Shown here piece by piece: positions 44,001 through 44,468 of a stretch of 44,468 nucleotides of DNA. The DNA is from a virus (taxonomy: Duplodnaviria > Heunggongvirae > Uroviricota > Caudoviricetes), in IMG/VR virus record IMGVR_UViG_2778261246_000004, positions 1-44,468 of that record. One strand, written 5' to 3'. Numbering within the stretch: position 1 is the first letter of the stretch; each line of letters opens with the position of its first letter. Below the pieces are notes generated by a model. It was not told the origin of the DNA. It did not search any database and saw only the letters and a list, made by a program, of their open reading frames with translations. The position numbers and the translations under genes were made by a program.

Positions 44001-44468
44001 CTAATCTTGATCAGGTTCCTGCTTAGAATAATGTTTTCCAACAATAAATGCCGTAACCAATGCAACAAGATCTATTGAAACGAGAGCTCCAGCAAGAACA
44101 GTCTCCCCCATGACACCAAAGACAGCAGCAACGAAGATAATCAATATCGCCAGCCAAAAAGCCTTTGTTTGACCATCTCTGGCAATATCAATGGTATCAG
44201 CCACCGTTTTGTGGCGATGAGCCTGCTCCTTTTCAGTCAACTCAACAAGCCTATTTGCAAGCCCTGGCATCAGTTGATCATACTTTTTAAGCATTGATGG
44301 CGGAGGAACCGGCCCCTGAAAATGCTGGCAAACAATAGCTCGCACCTGCGGGCTCTCCAAAACCCTGTTTAAGACTTCTGGATTTTCGATTACTCGAGAA
44401 ACCAGTTCATTGTCCTTTTGTTCTTCACAAGTGAGTTTGGTGTTCTCACTTTCTTTTTGATCTGGCAT
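44001..44468 (-). CDS. Membrane protein (likely host or prophage-flanking gene); 5' end may extend beyond window
   Basis: ORF runs to the window edge; C-terminal hydrophobic helices AFWLAILIIFVAAVFGVMG and LVALVTAFIVG. Confidence 0.4.
   Translation of the reverse strand: MPDQKESENTKLTCEEQKDNELVSRVIENPEVLNRVLESPQVRAIVCQHFQGPVPPPSMLKKYDQLMPGLANRLVELTEKEQAHRHKTVADTIDIARDGQTKAFWLAILIIFVAAVFGVMGETVLAGALVSIDLVALVTAFIVGKHYSKQEPDQD

Overview
This 44.5-kb window is almost entirely one mosaic lambdoid prophage of an Enterobacteriaceae (E. coli-like) host; its left end lies outside the window and its right end is at the integrase (about 43.9 kb). All calls are from reading the sequence and ORF track and from remembered protein families; no database search or RNA/TM prediction was run, and coordinates of small sites may be off by a few nt. 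Late genes run on the minus strand: lambda-like packaging and head genes (Nu1, A, W, B, C, D, E, FI, FII at 15.4-23.5 kb), then a P2-like contractile tail (V-W-J-I-H-Tfa, sheath, tube, E/E' with a TTTTTTG frameshift site, tape measure, U, X, D at 3.7-15.4 kb), ending in a lambda Stf-like side tail fibre plus a second Tfa (1-3.7 kb). Upstream of the head genes are a GH108 endolysin with two holin-like membrane proteins, several small membrane/lipoprotein ORFs, a TerB-like gene, and a cluster of five tRNA or tRNA-like genes. The early region holds a QuuD-like Q antiterminator, a frameshifted rusA, a DUF968/HNH protein, a ParD-ParE toxin-antitoxin pair, nin-region genes including two paralogous zinc-finger/coiled-coil proteins, and a replisome-organizer gene with internal iteron clusters. 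The immunity region is Qin-like: Cro-like and CII/YdaT-like genes divergent from a DicA-like repressor, followed by ydfA-ydfB-ydfC, the DicF sRNA, dicB and ydfD, a large protein with a C-terminal DEDDh exonuclease domain, xis and a tyrosine integrase. The best candidate for an undescribed system is an A/T-rich, opposite-strand three-gene membrane-protein cassette (29.4-31.0 kb) wedged between Q and the tRNA/lysis region, a classic moron site.
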